From Epithemia pelagica (taxonomy: Eukaryota > Protista > Bacillariophyta): DNA of 64,000 bases. Location of the stretch: contig OX337231.1 in assembly GCA_946965045.2 (NCBI GenBank), positions 1,612,001 through 1,676,000 on the forward strand. The letters run 5' to 3'. Positions 1-11,577 of the stretch are shown one piece after another; position 1 is the stretch's first letter, and every line of letters begins with the position of its first letter. The notes under the pieces are model-generated. The model saw only the letters and a list, made by a program, of their open reading frames with translations, was not told where the DNA came from and made no database searches. The position numbers were made by a program, and so were the translations under genes.

Positions 1-1620
1 GACGAGAGTGGAACAACCCAAGATGAGCCACACTTTCTTTCCGACGACCAGAAAGAGCCCGTTGCGGCCATTGTTCGTAACCATGGAGCCCTGTCCCATA
101 CTATCAATCAAACTCTATTATTTCCCATAATTAATGTGGGTCTTCCCAAAAGTGGTGAAGACACCTTGTGGAATTTCTTTCACAAATTGGGCTTGGTCAC
201 ACAACATGGGTGTGGCCATGTGCGACGACCCCGAAACACATGCATTGCCATGGGACCGTGTATCTATGCCAATGTCCAAAACGAACGACCAGCCTTTACC
301 AATTGCTCCAAACAAATCAAGATTGTGGATCCCAATGAACGAGAACTGCAAGTCTACACACAATTGGATGGACAACGTTATTTAAGTCATCAGAAACCAG
401 TCAAAACGGGTCAATATGTACCTCAAATCCAATACTTGAACGAATTGTATAGTTTTCAACCCAATGCAACATGGATCCTTCCCTTGCATTTGCCTCAACA
501 CTGGGCCTTTACGGTTTCCAGACATCACATGCTTCGCAAACGATTGTGGAACGAAGGGTTGGTGGCAAAACATCACTCGTCGGTACCAGTCCGCAATCGG
601 TCCATTTTTCAAGAGGAACCAAACGAACTCGATGCACTCGACCATTGGGAACGCTATTACCATCAACACACGACACGAATACGGGATTTTGTCCAAGATC
701 ATCCAAGTCTTCGATTGATTGAAGTGCAATATCGCTTCCAACGTGCACCCTTTGATTTGATGGATCGTCTGGGTCTGCCACTTTCAGAGACTATGCGAGC
801 ATTCCAAGAACGAGGGGATTCCGACCAATCTGTTCAATTGTCTGACTTTTGGGAATGCCTTAGCAACGAATGCGACACGTGGACAGAAAACCTGCAATCG
901 ATTGACGCGATTCGGAATGGAAAAACGTCGGCCACGGGACAACCTCCGCTCAAACTAGAGACGCCAATTTTTGTGGTGGGCATGCCCAAGAGTGGGACAA
1001 CCAGCGTATTCAACTTTTTCTCGTGCGCAGGTGTTGTATCTCAACACTACTGTTGTTGTGGCGATGTTTCCGATCATCGGCCTTGTTATTCACCCATCAT
1101 GGCGGATTGTATCATGGATAACAAGAAAAATGGACGCCCGATGCTAGAAAACTGTGGTGATTATGACGTGTACGGAGAATTGGATGGGGAACAGATATAC
1201 AGCGTAAAGAATGCTACGAATGGAATGGAAGAGAAACTCGGGGGACATTTCTTGCCCCAAGTATTTGAACTAGATTGGATTCACAAAGAATATCCCAATG
1301 CAACCTTGATCCTGCCGCTACGAAACTCTAAGACATGGGCTGCCTCCGTCAGCCGGTGGTTCAATATGAGGCATCGAATCCAAAATGAATACATATACAT
1401 GAACCGGTCGGAGGAAGTTGTCAATGTTGGCAATCCCCTTGTTAACTTATACGAGAAACACACGACCAATATTGTCAAGTTTGTTCAAGAACACCCGTCG
1501 CATAAACTCATTTTGTTCGAAATCACCGATCCCAACGCGGGAAAGGTTCTGGCGGATGCATCCGGCCTTCCCGAACATTGTTGGGGCCATCACAACCAAA
1601 ACACAGAGCGAAAGTACTAG
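1..1620 (+). CDS. Protein with two tandem P-loop sulfotransferase-like domains (5'-partial; frame is open from base 1)
   Basis: Frame 1 is open from base 1 (DESGTTQ...LFPIINVGLPKSG). Two repeats of the PAPS-binding-type loop (INVGLPKSGEDT, FVVGMPKSGTTS), each followed by FLPQ/YVPQ and HPSxxLI motifs. Confidence 0.65.
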   Translation, partial: DESGTTQDEPHFLSDDQKEPVAAIVRNHGALSHTINQTLLFPIINVGLPKSGEDTLWNFFHKLGLVTQHGCGHVRRPRNTCIAMGPCIYANVQNERPAFTNCSKQIKIVDPNERELQVYTQLDGQRYLSHQKPVKTGQYVPQIQYLNELYSFQPNATWILPLHLPQHWAFTVSRHHMLRKRLWNEGLVAKHHSSVPVRNRSIFQEEPNELDALDHWERYYHQHTTRIRDFVQDHPSLRLIEVQYRFQRAPFDLMDRLGLPLSETMRAFQERGDSDQSVQLSDFWECLSNECDTWTENLQSIDAIRNGKTSATGQPPLKLETPIFVVGMPKSGTTSVFNFFSCAGVVSQHYCCCGDVSDHRPCYSPIMADCIMDNKKNGRPMLENCGDYDVYGELDGEQIYSVKNATNGMEEKLGGHFLPQVFELDWIHKEYPNATLILPLRNSKTWAASVSRWFNMRHRIQNEYIYMNRSEEVVNVGNPLVNLYEKHTTNIVKFVQEHPSHKLILFEITDPNAGKVLADASGLPEHCWGHHNQNTERKY

Positions 1621-1970
1621 AGTTATAGAAAGAGAGTTGAGAATGGGAGAATTGGATCACAGAGAATGAAAGAGTGTCCAAATTAACACTGTCGCATTCT
1701 TCACGGCAGCTAATAGAGAAAAGAGTCGGCTTGAGCTCCTCACCCCTACCAAGTTAAAATAAGTTATGTCGACGGCAACTCTCGAGAAACGGCTAATGAA
1801 TCTTCATCGACCTTCCTGTATCTTTAGGATTTCAGCATTCGCGTTTCTTCATGACTTTGTTGCAAAAACGTTCCATCCTTGACAGCCTTGGAAGGGATCT
1901 GCGTATTGCCTGTTTAGAATCAAGAGAGTGGGTGATTCACATCAAGACCTCAGCGAGAAATTTGTGTTAA

Positions 1971-2562
1971 CCCTTTCAGCCCGGCACTTTTTTTGGCCCG
2001 GTCACTGACAAATTTGTCACCAAAAATACATAACAAAATTGCAATCCAATTAACAAAATGCCACGTGAGTTATGACCAACAACTCGTGATTCAAAAAATG
2101 ATGACAATATCGTCATTTTCCAAATTTGTGATTTTGCAACGATCATATTTCAATGACCAATATGTTATAGGCCTACTGTTTGTCACATATGAAGCATATT
2201 GTAATGTACTTTCGTACGATAGTCAGAACTTCGTATTTTGACGGCTGCTTGTTCTGAAATCGCCAATTTCCCATTTTCATACAAAACCCCAAAAACCACT
2301 TCTCATCAACACCAATGGACAACCCGACTCTCTTGTAGAGTCCATGGTCTCCTATGGTATCACAAGATCAATGATCACTTTCAAACGAAGAGGAGGTGAG
2401 TCCTGGGCGAACACTCCCTATAGATTAGGCATACGTGGAGTGACGTGGATTGATATACCCATAGAGTATTTTGACTTTTTTGTTAAGTAGTTTGTGCGGT
2501 CACTAAAAAAGTGAAATGACTGACATATTTGTCAGAAAATGGGGTATGCCGGGCTGAAAGGG
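1971..2562. mobile_element. Non-autonomous piggyBac-type MITE, 592 bp, TTAA target-site duplication
   Basis: TTAA (1967-1970) + CCCTTTCAGCCCGGCA (1971-1986) ... TGCCGGGCTGAAAGGG (2547-2562) + TTAA (2563-2566): perfect 16-bp TIRs. AT-rich non-coding interior with subterminal TGACAAATTTGTCA / TGACATATTTGTCA palindromes. Confidence 0.93.
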
Positions 2563-3115
2563 TTAATCTCGATGGGTCGTTTGCAGGAAAATCTATGAGA
2601 GTAGCAGGTAGTCCAGGAGGCACGAAAGAGCAGAAAGCAGAACACTCGGCACGCGTGCTGCCGAGTGGCAAAAGTGAAGTGCGGTCACCGGTCACGCATG
2701 CCATCATTGTGCCATTTTCGGCGGGTAAAAGGTAACACGTTTGGCCTTTTGGCGATACTTGGATAACCGTTGCTACTAAATAAACGATGAAAATTGATTT
2801 GCCATTATTTCCCCTCCATATTGGTGAGGCGGCCAGACAAATCCCCAACCCTTGAAGCATGCTCGCTAGAAATCACACACCCCAGCAGTGAAACAGAGTC
2901 ATTCTTTATTACAACTTATGAACCCTCGGATTGTAGACGCTTGGAAGTAGGTTTTATTCGATATTCTTCTTGCATAGCCAAGAGTAAAGAATCGCGGCAA
3001 TTTCTTCCAAAGTAGATTAGTGCGCAATCTTCCAAACATACATACAAAATAGTCAAAGTTGACTCTTGCTTCTTGTTTTGCCTTCAATACCCAAGATCAA
3101 GGAGCACTTGTCACC

Positions 3116-4633
3116 ATGGCTGTTGATCCAAAGGATGAAACGTTCCAAGATGAGAACGACGTTGCTGTTCCTGAGGACTTGACCGAAAATGGGATGTCGG
3201 AGATCAAGAAAAACTATGACGATGCTCTTTGGGCTACGGCATGCAAGCCGTACAAACGGGAAATGATCATCACTGAAATTACGAACAATGAACCAGGTGA
3301 TGAACGCCGTGCCGCTGTGATCAACTGTCTCCGGGATTTGGGAGTGAAGGTTTTCATCATTGAGGCCAAGTCAATTGAAACAACTTCGGACATTCTCCAT
3401 CACATTCATCGTGTGATCGACTACGTGTCGCGTGAAAATCAAATGTATTCGCTCGGCCAACTCGACGAAAATGGAGAACATCTTGATCCCCTTGGATTCC
3501 AACGCTGTTTGTTGTATCAAGACCGTTCTGGACGTCTCTTCAATCTTGTGATTGCGCCACATGCTGTCGGACCGGCCAGCAAATTCGAAGAACTCTTGGA
3601 TTCTTTCAGAGGACTGGAAGCTATGATTGGCCTCACGGTTCTTTGTCGGTCATTTTCATGTACCGTCAGTGGTATGTAACACGGTCATATATTGCAAATG
3701 CACATGTATTCCGTTCAAGCGTAACTAACACTTTACTGTTTCGTGCTATCAGATGAGAATTTGGATATGCTCGAACCGGCACGTCTATCGCTCATTTTGG
3801 GACTTGTTTTCTCCGAAGAACTGGGTCTCTCCTACACATTTGCTCAAATGTTTGTCCGCGCCACACCATCGATCTCTGCTCACGCATTGACCACCTTTGT
3901 GGGATCTGACCTCTTGCGGAAAGCCGTGATTTTGCTGCTTGCTGTCGCAGGTAGCGCCAAAGACAACTCGACACGAGGTTACGTGACAGTTGCCGGTATT
4001 TCGCTTGCATGTGCGTTGTTCTTGGCTAACTTGGGTGCACGTGCATGGCGCTTTATGGGGTGGAAACCATTCCCCTACCAAGGTCCCTTCTCTGGTCCTC
4101 TCGCTTGGCTCGCTGCTGTCTTCACAGGCGCGGTCTTTCCGTTCATGGGTCATCGTAAAGTACACGTGGGAGGAAGGACTGCAATGGAACACGTCATTAT
4201 CACCGCCGTCATTGTGGCAATTGTGTTCATGGCGTCAGATATCGATAACGTACAGCGCTTCTTGGTCGTCGGCTCTGAAAACTGCGACCAAGACTACGTC
4301 AACATTATTGTAGGAGGATGGTGGACGTTTGCATTCATTTCATCTTTGTTGATGGTCATGGCAATACCATATGATGACTACAACATTACACCTGCGGAAC
4401 CCGAAGACGAAGAACAACTGCTAGAGCAAGATCACTCTAGTCCTGTTGGATACAAAGTACCGAACTTGCCTGACTTTGAGCTTGACCCAACATTGGCTGG
4501 AAATGGTGTCGCTGCTGGGTGCCCGCTCAACGTCATGAGCTTTTGTGGAATCTTCCTGGCAATTGTTTTTGGAGGAGGAATTGTCTACTTGGGTTTGATC
4601 GACGATGATGACGATTTCTGGTCAAGAATGTAG
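3116..4633 (+). CDS. Uncharacterised multipass membrane protein, paralog A: join(3116..3671,3753..4633), 478 aa
   Basis: GT-AG intron 3672-3752 with CTAAC branch site joins ORFs 3059..3679 and 3743..4633 in frame. Soluble N-domain followed by about 7-8 hydrophobic segments. Clear paralog at 9485-11147. Confidence 0.8.
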
Positions 4634-4894
4634 AAGGGCGGCAGTCTATTTTTAATTTGCATGTCTGAGAGAGGAGGTTGGTTAAAACATATATTGTATT
4701 CAATTGTCAAATTGCATGGCCTGCAACAACAGCTTGGTCTTTCAGTATTAATATTTAGCAAGTGGCATTAGCTTTGACTTGGTATCCGAAACACTCATTA
4801 TGATGTTGTGGTTGTCGTCTGCATCATTCAATGCATCTACCTACAATAGCAAAAAAGCAACACGGTTACAGCTCCTTCAAAGACAACGAATGTT

Positions 4895-6142
4895 TCATTG
4901 ACCACCACTCCCAATGGTATCATCGGACAACGGAATTGGATCTTCACTCTCAAAATCATTCGAACCAATGCTGGATGATTTTGCCCGAAATAATATTGGA
5001 CCCAACATGCCGACCCACATTACTGCATAGGTGAGGTAAACCAGCCAAGTCATGTTGAATCGCATAAATTGTTTATAATTCTTTCGACCGATGCAGCAAC
5101 CCATCCATGCACAATGATGATCGAAACCATCCACACACACATTGCAATCAGGACAATGGACACCGGTTGGTGGCTGGTAGACTTGGCATAAATCGCACCA
5201 ACGATGATGACGATCAGGAGGAGGCAATCGTTCATTCGTGTTGTTATCGCTTGGATTGTAATAGGCTTGAGGCACAACAATACCTGGATCCCGAAGGGCG
5301 GTATCGAACAAATACCATGTCGCTTGCAATGTGAAAAGGATGCATATCGTTGCCGTGATCCAACCGACGTGGTGAATTGCCCGCCGAATAAAGTACATGG
5401 ATGCAGACCATAGCACGGCCACCACGCACGGTGGACCCAAATAATGGGGACCTGAGATTTTTTATGAAACGATCATGAAGTGGAGGGTCAGGAGATAATC
5501 GGAACTGTCACTTTCCATTCCAAGATTCCTGAAGGCCACTCTTTCCATCGAGTGATGAAAGCTCCCGAATCTTTTCCACCCTAGCTGTTGAACAAGATGT
5601 TCTTCTCTCTCTCAATTGAACTTACCCATCATGCCCCAACCAGTTTTCTTGTACATATGTGGCCAGAAGACAGTGGTATTGCCAATTCTTTGGCTGGTAC
5701 AACACCGAGTCACGGGATCTGCAGCTCGCACTGTTCCTTTCATTCTCTTTGTTCTCCGAGTTCCCTTCTGAGTCTCTAGTAATCCTTCCATATCGTCATC
5801 GTCGTCGTCCAATTCATCGTCATCACCGATATCCACAACAACATTCTCGGTATTTTCAGTTTTGGTGAGAATAGCACTTTCCGGGTCCTCGATTTCTAGC
5901 GCCTCCATGCGTTTTCTTGGAGATTCAGATTTATCCTTCGAATTATCACTGCTGCTTTGGTCAACTGCTTCATTCTCACTGTTTGATGTTCTAGTGGTAG
6001 TCACATTTCTGCTTCCGTCATCTGGTGGCGTCACTGAAATTTCCACAAAATCGTCTTCATTCACTTCTTCCTCCTCTGGCTGCTCCTTGGATTGTTGCTG
6101 TTTCTCTGAAGAACCACCGTCAGAATCTTTTACAGTCGTCAT
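4895..6142 (-). CDS. DHHC-type palmitoyltransferase: complement(join(4895..5451,5626..6142)), 357 aa
   Basis: Cys-rich DHHC signature WCDLCQVYQPPTGVHCPDCNVCVDGFDHHCAWMGCCIGRKNY. GT-AG intron 5452-5625 restores the frame (MMG-PHYLG). Confidence 0.9.
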
Positions 6143-6487
6143 AACTATCAGGATCTTTGGGAAGGAGAAGAGGGCGTTGTCTTCTCTCTATTTGTAAATC
6201 GTTGTTGGGTTTCCATCGTTTCTTGATCGATCTATCGCGAAAAGTGGGGGCGCGAAGTATTACCCCTCCCAAATTAACGGGGTGAGTTGCGATTAGCCTG
6301 TACTACACTACTCAGGGACTCAAAAGCCTCCTTTGAATAATATGGTAGTGACGATTAATGACTCTATCGCTTGGAAGTTTAAAAGGTTTTTGTTTGTGCT
6401 GACAAAGGACGACAAGCCCAACAAACGGGACGCTGCTGACAATCTCTCGAGCTGTCACTTCTTGACAGCTTCCTCTCAACCGACAAA

Positions 6488-9236
6488 ATGTCGTCCAAAC
6501 GAAGTAAACCGGAACCTGGAGAGGTGGAATCAAAAGGAAATAGCGATGAAAGTTCGGCAGCAAAGAAAGCCAAGAAAACCGAGAATGGAGAACGGGAGGA
6601 GTTAGAGAGTTCCGTTCCTGATACCAACAAGGCTCCAACTAGCAGTGGTAGTGCCCCCAAACGTCTATCTCCCTTTCCCATCAACCCATATTCGAGAGAC
6701 AATCCGCCTTTGCCGGCTCAATTGTTCATTCCAGCTAGAACAAAGAATCGTGGAAACTTTCTTTGCATAAGACTGATTGGAGTAGTTCCACCAAGCGCTG
6801 ATGAAGACGATAAAGTTGGACCATCCAGTTCGCTAGGAATCGCATTGGATAGGAAGAGGGCTTACACTTCAGACGATGCGGTTGGAGCGTGGTGCACTGT
6901 TTGCCGTGACGCTGTGTGGTGGAGAAAGGGAGAGTCCAATGGAATTTCAAGACACATGTTTCGGTTCCATTCGGATCTTCTCCGTGAAGGTATGTTTTGA
7001 TTGAGAGATTTGAATTTCCGCTGGGTTGCAGAGGAAAAGTAAATGACATAGGTGCTCATCGTCTCTTGCGCATTTTACAGCTGGAATAGAGAGGGATTCC
7101 ATGAAAGGAAAGGGAGAGCAGTCGAACAGCAAGAGTAAGAAAGGGGCAGTCGAACGGGGCTCCAAGTATGACTCTTTGAAACACAGGGGATCGGATCCAC
7201 CAAAGGACTGGGGAGACACTTGTCAGACTCTATCAACTCCAAGTTCTCCCGCAGACCAAGCCAAGTTTGATGCTCTCACTTTGATGTGGGTTCATCATCA
7301 TTTACGACCCATGTCTATTGTCGAAGATTCGGGTTTGCACAATTTGATATCATTTGCCTCTTCGATGCAAGGAGAACCGACCCTATGTTCTAATCGACAT
7401 ACCTTGGCCATGTTGTCATCAAGGGTCCATGATCACTGTACGAAACGTATGAGCCAGCTCATTCAAGACCAGTCAATCAATAATCATCTGTATTACTCTA
7501 TGACAATCGACGCTACATCCTCACGGAACGGTTTGGACGATGGTTTCGCCTCCTACTTTGTCGCGTCAGTACATTTCGTCTCTACTGATTTTGCTTTACA
7601 CACGTTACACTTGGATTTTGGATCCGTAGAAGATCAGAAAGGAGACGACCTTCACAGGAATGTCGTTGAGAAATGGGGTATGGAGAAAGTGAAACCAGCG
7701 GTGGTGTTATATGGTTCCACGGCTTTCAACGACAAAGCAAACGAAGGCGTTGCGTCATCAAGCGTTCATCACATTCCCTTGTTTGGCTTAAGCATGCATT
7801 TAATTTGTGGTCCATTCTATTGCTTAAGGGAAGCTTCCCTTCATGACGGGCATTCAGATGACGTTGCAGATTTTTCATTCGATGAGAGGGCATCAAAAGT
7901 TTCGAACCTTGATCATGCTGTGTCAGCACGGCAAGCAGTATCAAAAGTCAGAAAACTTGTCGTTGCCTTGAAAAAGAAAGGGCCAACATGCTCGTTGAAA
8001 AGTCAGGATGGAGAAACTGGGGCGAAGACTGTTGATTTGGGAATCGACATTCCGAATCGATGGAGCACGACTCACAAGATGCTCGAACTAGCTATCCAAC
8101 AGCAATCAGCTCTTGAGGAACTGGCAGATGATCCGAATACAATGACTCAATTGGAGGAAGTTGGTTCTAGTAACTCGGAGACGAAGCCGTATCTTAATCT
8201 CACCTCAAGAGAATGGGCGCTGGCTCGCGGCATCTGGATTCTTCTTACGCCTGTTCAGAGTCTCGTCGAAAGTTTGAGTAGCGAAACGTATCTGACCGTT
8301 GTATACGCGTATCCCTTTCTCTGTCGCGTCAAAAATATTTTGAACTTGCCAGGCTTGTTTCGAGGAACAGAAGAGGGATTGTCATCTCGGAAGAAATGTG
8401 GAAACTTTATGAAGGAATCTTTGGAAGGTTTTTTGGATGCTAACGGAAAACAAGACTACTTTGATTCGGTTGTGGAGATATTGGAGGCTTGTCAGTGCAC
8501 TTTGCGAGATGAGTTCATTTTTCGCTTTGACCCTCTTAACAAGTTCTGTTTGTGGGCTTCGATGCTTGATCCCCGTCTTCGTAAGCTCAATCATTGTACC
8601 GAAGCAGGAGAGCGGCACTACGCAAAACAATCCCTCCTTTCGGAGATGGTAGCACTGGCAAAAGAAACGGTTCTCACACAGCAGCCCGCTGAAACTGTGC
8701 AGCCAGTGGAAGACAAGTTGACGTCCTCGTCCTCGATAGCTTTGAATGACATGTTTGGAGATGTTTTTGACGATCCAGACGCCGGAACGAAAGTTGACGT
8801 TGACGGAAATGAAGTTAAGTCATCTGTCGGCATCTCATCATCGGATCATCAGTATCAACAAGCTGCAGAAACTGAACTAGTGCAATATTTAGCGGCACCA
8901 AGGGTACACAAGAACATTTCAGCATTTCATTGGTGGCGGGACAACCGCGGAAACTTCCCAATGTTGGCTCGTGCGGCCCGAAAATGGCTGTCAGTTGTTT
9001 CAATCTCATCTGCGCACGACCGCATTGTTTCACATTGTGGATTTGTCGGCAAAACGAAAACTCAAGCGCTGGACGGGTGTTGTAGGTCGGTGAACGAAGA
9101 GAGACAGAGAAGTATGCGATTTGCTCTCATGAGTCTGAGAATGTCACCCGAAGAAGTCGCGGATGTTATTGCCCCCTCTGCAGCTCCTGGTTTGAAGGAC
9201 AATTTGCAGTCATCCTCAAAAGTTGCATTTGTGTAA
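6488..9236 (+). CDS. hAT-transposase-derived protein (BED-like finger, hAT C-terminal dimerisation domain): join(6488..6989,7081..9236), 885 aa; probably domesticated
   Basis: WCTVC...ISRHMFRFH finger; MTIDATS; PNRWSTTHKMLE; ASMLDPRL; FHWWRDNRGNFPMLARAARKWLSV. Intron 6990-7080 in frame. No TIRs seen. Confidence 0.75.
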
Positions 9237-9484
9237 GTCGTAGTTGGTAAAAGGTGTCAGTAAGTTGAATTTGTGCAAGTCAGCATGGGGACAAACTTGT
9301 GTCAAAACGGAACAAGCGTGAAATTTGTGAAATTACGGATAAGATGATGGATTCAAGTACAAAATCGTAACAGAGTAAACAGTGTAAATTATATAAAGAG
9401 AAATATTGATCAAACGGGCGCCGTCTTCAGTTTACCTGCGACGCGCCTACGAATGGTCATTCAGAAATCATTCTTCAACTATTT

Positions 9485-11147
9485 TCAATTTATGAGATCG
9501 GAGGTTTCGCTCCTGATTTCACTCACAACATCTTCATCCCAGCCTTCAATTCCCATGTACACAATACCGCCACCAATAGCCACAGCCAACAGAATCCCCA
9601 CAATGAGCTTGAACAACGGCCTGAGACAGTATACCGAGCCAGTCCAGGACAAACTGGGGTCCATCTCAAAGTCTGGTACGCTTGGGACCCTAAATCCGAC
9701 AGGACTTGCATGATCCTTGATGAGCAGGGGCTCGCCATCCGACGCAGACGCCGACGATTGGTCTTGATAGGGCATGCGGTACGCCATAACCAACGAGGCG
9801 ACAAAGGCCAAGAACCACCACCCTCCGATTGCAAAGTTTACAAAGTCTTGGTCGCACTGATCGGATGTAATAAGGAAGAACCTTTGCATCTCATTGACAC
9901 CAGAGGCAATGAAAATGAACCCAACAATCACTGCGGTCCTGATGACGTACTCCAAGCCAGCATCCCCTCCGACATGAATCTTTCGGTTCGCCAGGAATGG
10001 GAAGACCAGTCCCAGGAGGATCGAGGCACACCATGCAACAGCCGCCGATCCAGGGCCTTGGTAAGACAATGGTTTCCAACCCATGAAGTGCCACGCGCGA
10101 GACCCAAGATTGGAAAGCAGGAGCAAACAAGCCCCTGCCAATCCGAGGTAGCTCAAGTTCTCCTTGGTGTTTCCGTACGATGCACCAGCAAGTGCTAGAC
10201 ACAAGATAACGGCCTTTCGCAGGAGATCACCGCCGAGCATCGACGTAAGGGCATGTGCAGCAACGGAAGGAGAAGCTCTCACCAACATGCTGGAGTTCAA
10301 CCATGAAAGAGAAACTTCTTCCGTCAACACCAAACCAAGGATTAGGGCCAAGATCGCTGGTTTGAGACTGTCGACTCCGGATTCTGTTGAACAATAGTGC
10401 ATCGGTATGAGAAAAGCCAATCACAGTCACTTAGAAGCGAATACCGACATAGAACATACCTGATGACAGACAGCCAAAGGATCGGCACATGACTGTAAGA
10501 GCGATCATTGCGTGAAGAGCGGAGAAAGAATCAAGGAACTCTTCAAATTTGGCAGCTGAACCGAAGGCATGGGGCGAAAGAATCAAGTTGAAGAGACGAC
10601 CGGTCTTGTCTTGATACAAAAGGCAACGCTGAAAACCCAAGCTGTTGCCCGAAACCTCAGACATGTAGTCATCGTCGCGCAGAGGTTCTTGGTGACGAAC
10701 ATGACGGTTCTCACGTGCCACAAAGCCAATTACACGACGGACATGATGCAGGATATCAGCGGTTGTCTGAATGGATTTGGCTTCAATGATAAACACCTTC
10801 ACACCCAAATCACGAAGTGCCCCGATGATGGCCATTCGACGGTTAGCACCAGGGCCATTTTCTGTAACTTGCTGTGCAATGATCTCCCGCTTGTAGGGCT
10901 TGCTGATATAGAAGCCGCTCTTTGGAATCATTTCCGAAGGGACGGATTCAAAACCAGATCCTCGGCGAACGACTTCAGTTCCCGGATTAGGTGCCGTCGA
11001 GGGCGTTTGATATGGCTGTTCAGGATCTCCTTCCGTTGTCTCATTGGTCGTGGCGACTTCCTCTTGCTCCGAGTTCACAACCGACGTGACATCGTCTACA
11101 GGTTCTTCACTCGGCTGTTGCTGGCTGAACATCCAGGCAGGTGGCAT
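9485..11147 (-). CDS. Uncharacterised multipass membrane protein, paralog A': complement(join(9485..10383,10460..11147)), 528 aa
   Basis: Intron 10384-10459 at the same codon position and phase as in paralog A. Shared motifs LRDLGVKVFIIEAKSI, GFQRCLLYQD, LLRKAVIL, FMGWKP, GGWW. Confidence 0.8.
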
Positions 11148-11577
11148 GGTTTCAGTTGGCTTTTACGGTTCTCCGACTTGTATTATGGCAACGATTGTCA
11201 ATTCTTTTGTTGCAAGGAGGAGTTGAGATTTGGGTACAAAACAATCTTGGAAAAAATGAGGCAGTGCGCTAACGAATGAGGCTTACGCGTTGGGGTGAGC
11301 GATAGGTATCCGTTAGTTGGCGATCACGTCAGTTCGAGTCCAGCATTATAAATGTGGAGCCGGCGTTCGGACAGAACCTGCAAAATGTTATGCAAACGCG
11401 CAACAGATGTGTCCGTTGAAAACATAACGCCAGTGCACCACAAGTATGACGTCATATTCGTGTCTCATTCATTCAGGTTTCTCCCTTTTTCATTTTCGAT
11501 CTGTCGTCGTCGGCCGCGCTCCGTCATTCATTTCATCCTTTCTCATCATTGCATTTTGGAACGCATCGAAGAAAACC

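Noticed and set aside
6180-9450. Active hAT transposon with TIRs and 8-bp TSD
   Set aside because: No inverted termini or duplication found in the flanks, and catalytic motifs are degenerate.
11300-11350. tRNA suggested by GTTCGAGTCC
   Set aside because: No acceptor stem, D-arm or anticodon arm can be folded around it.
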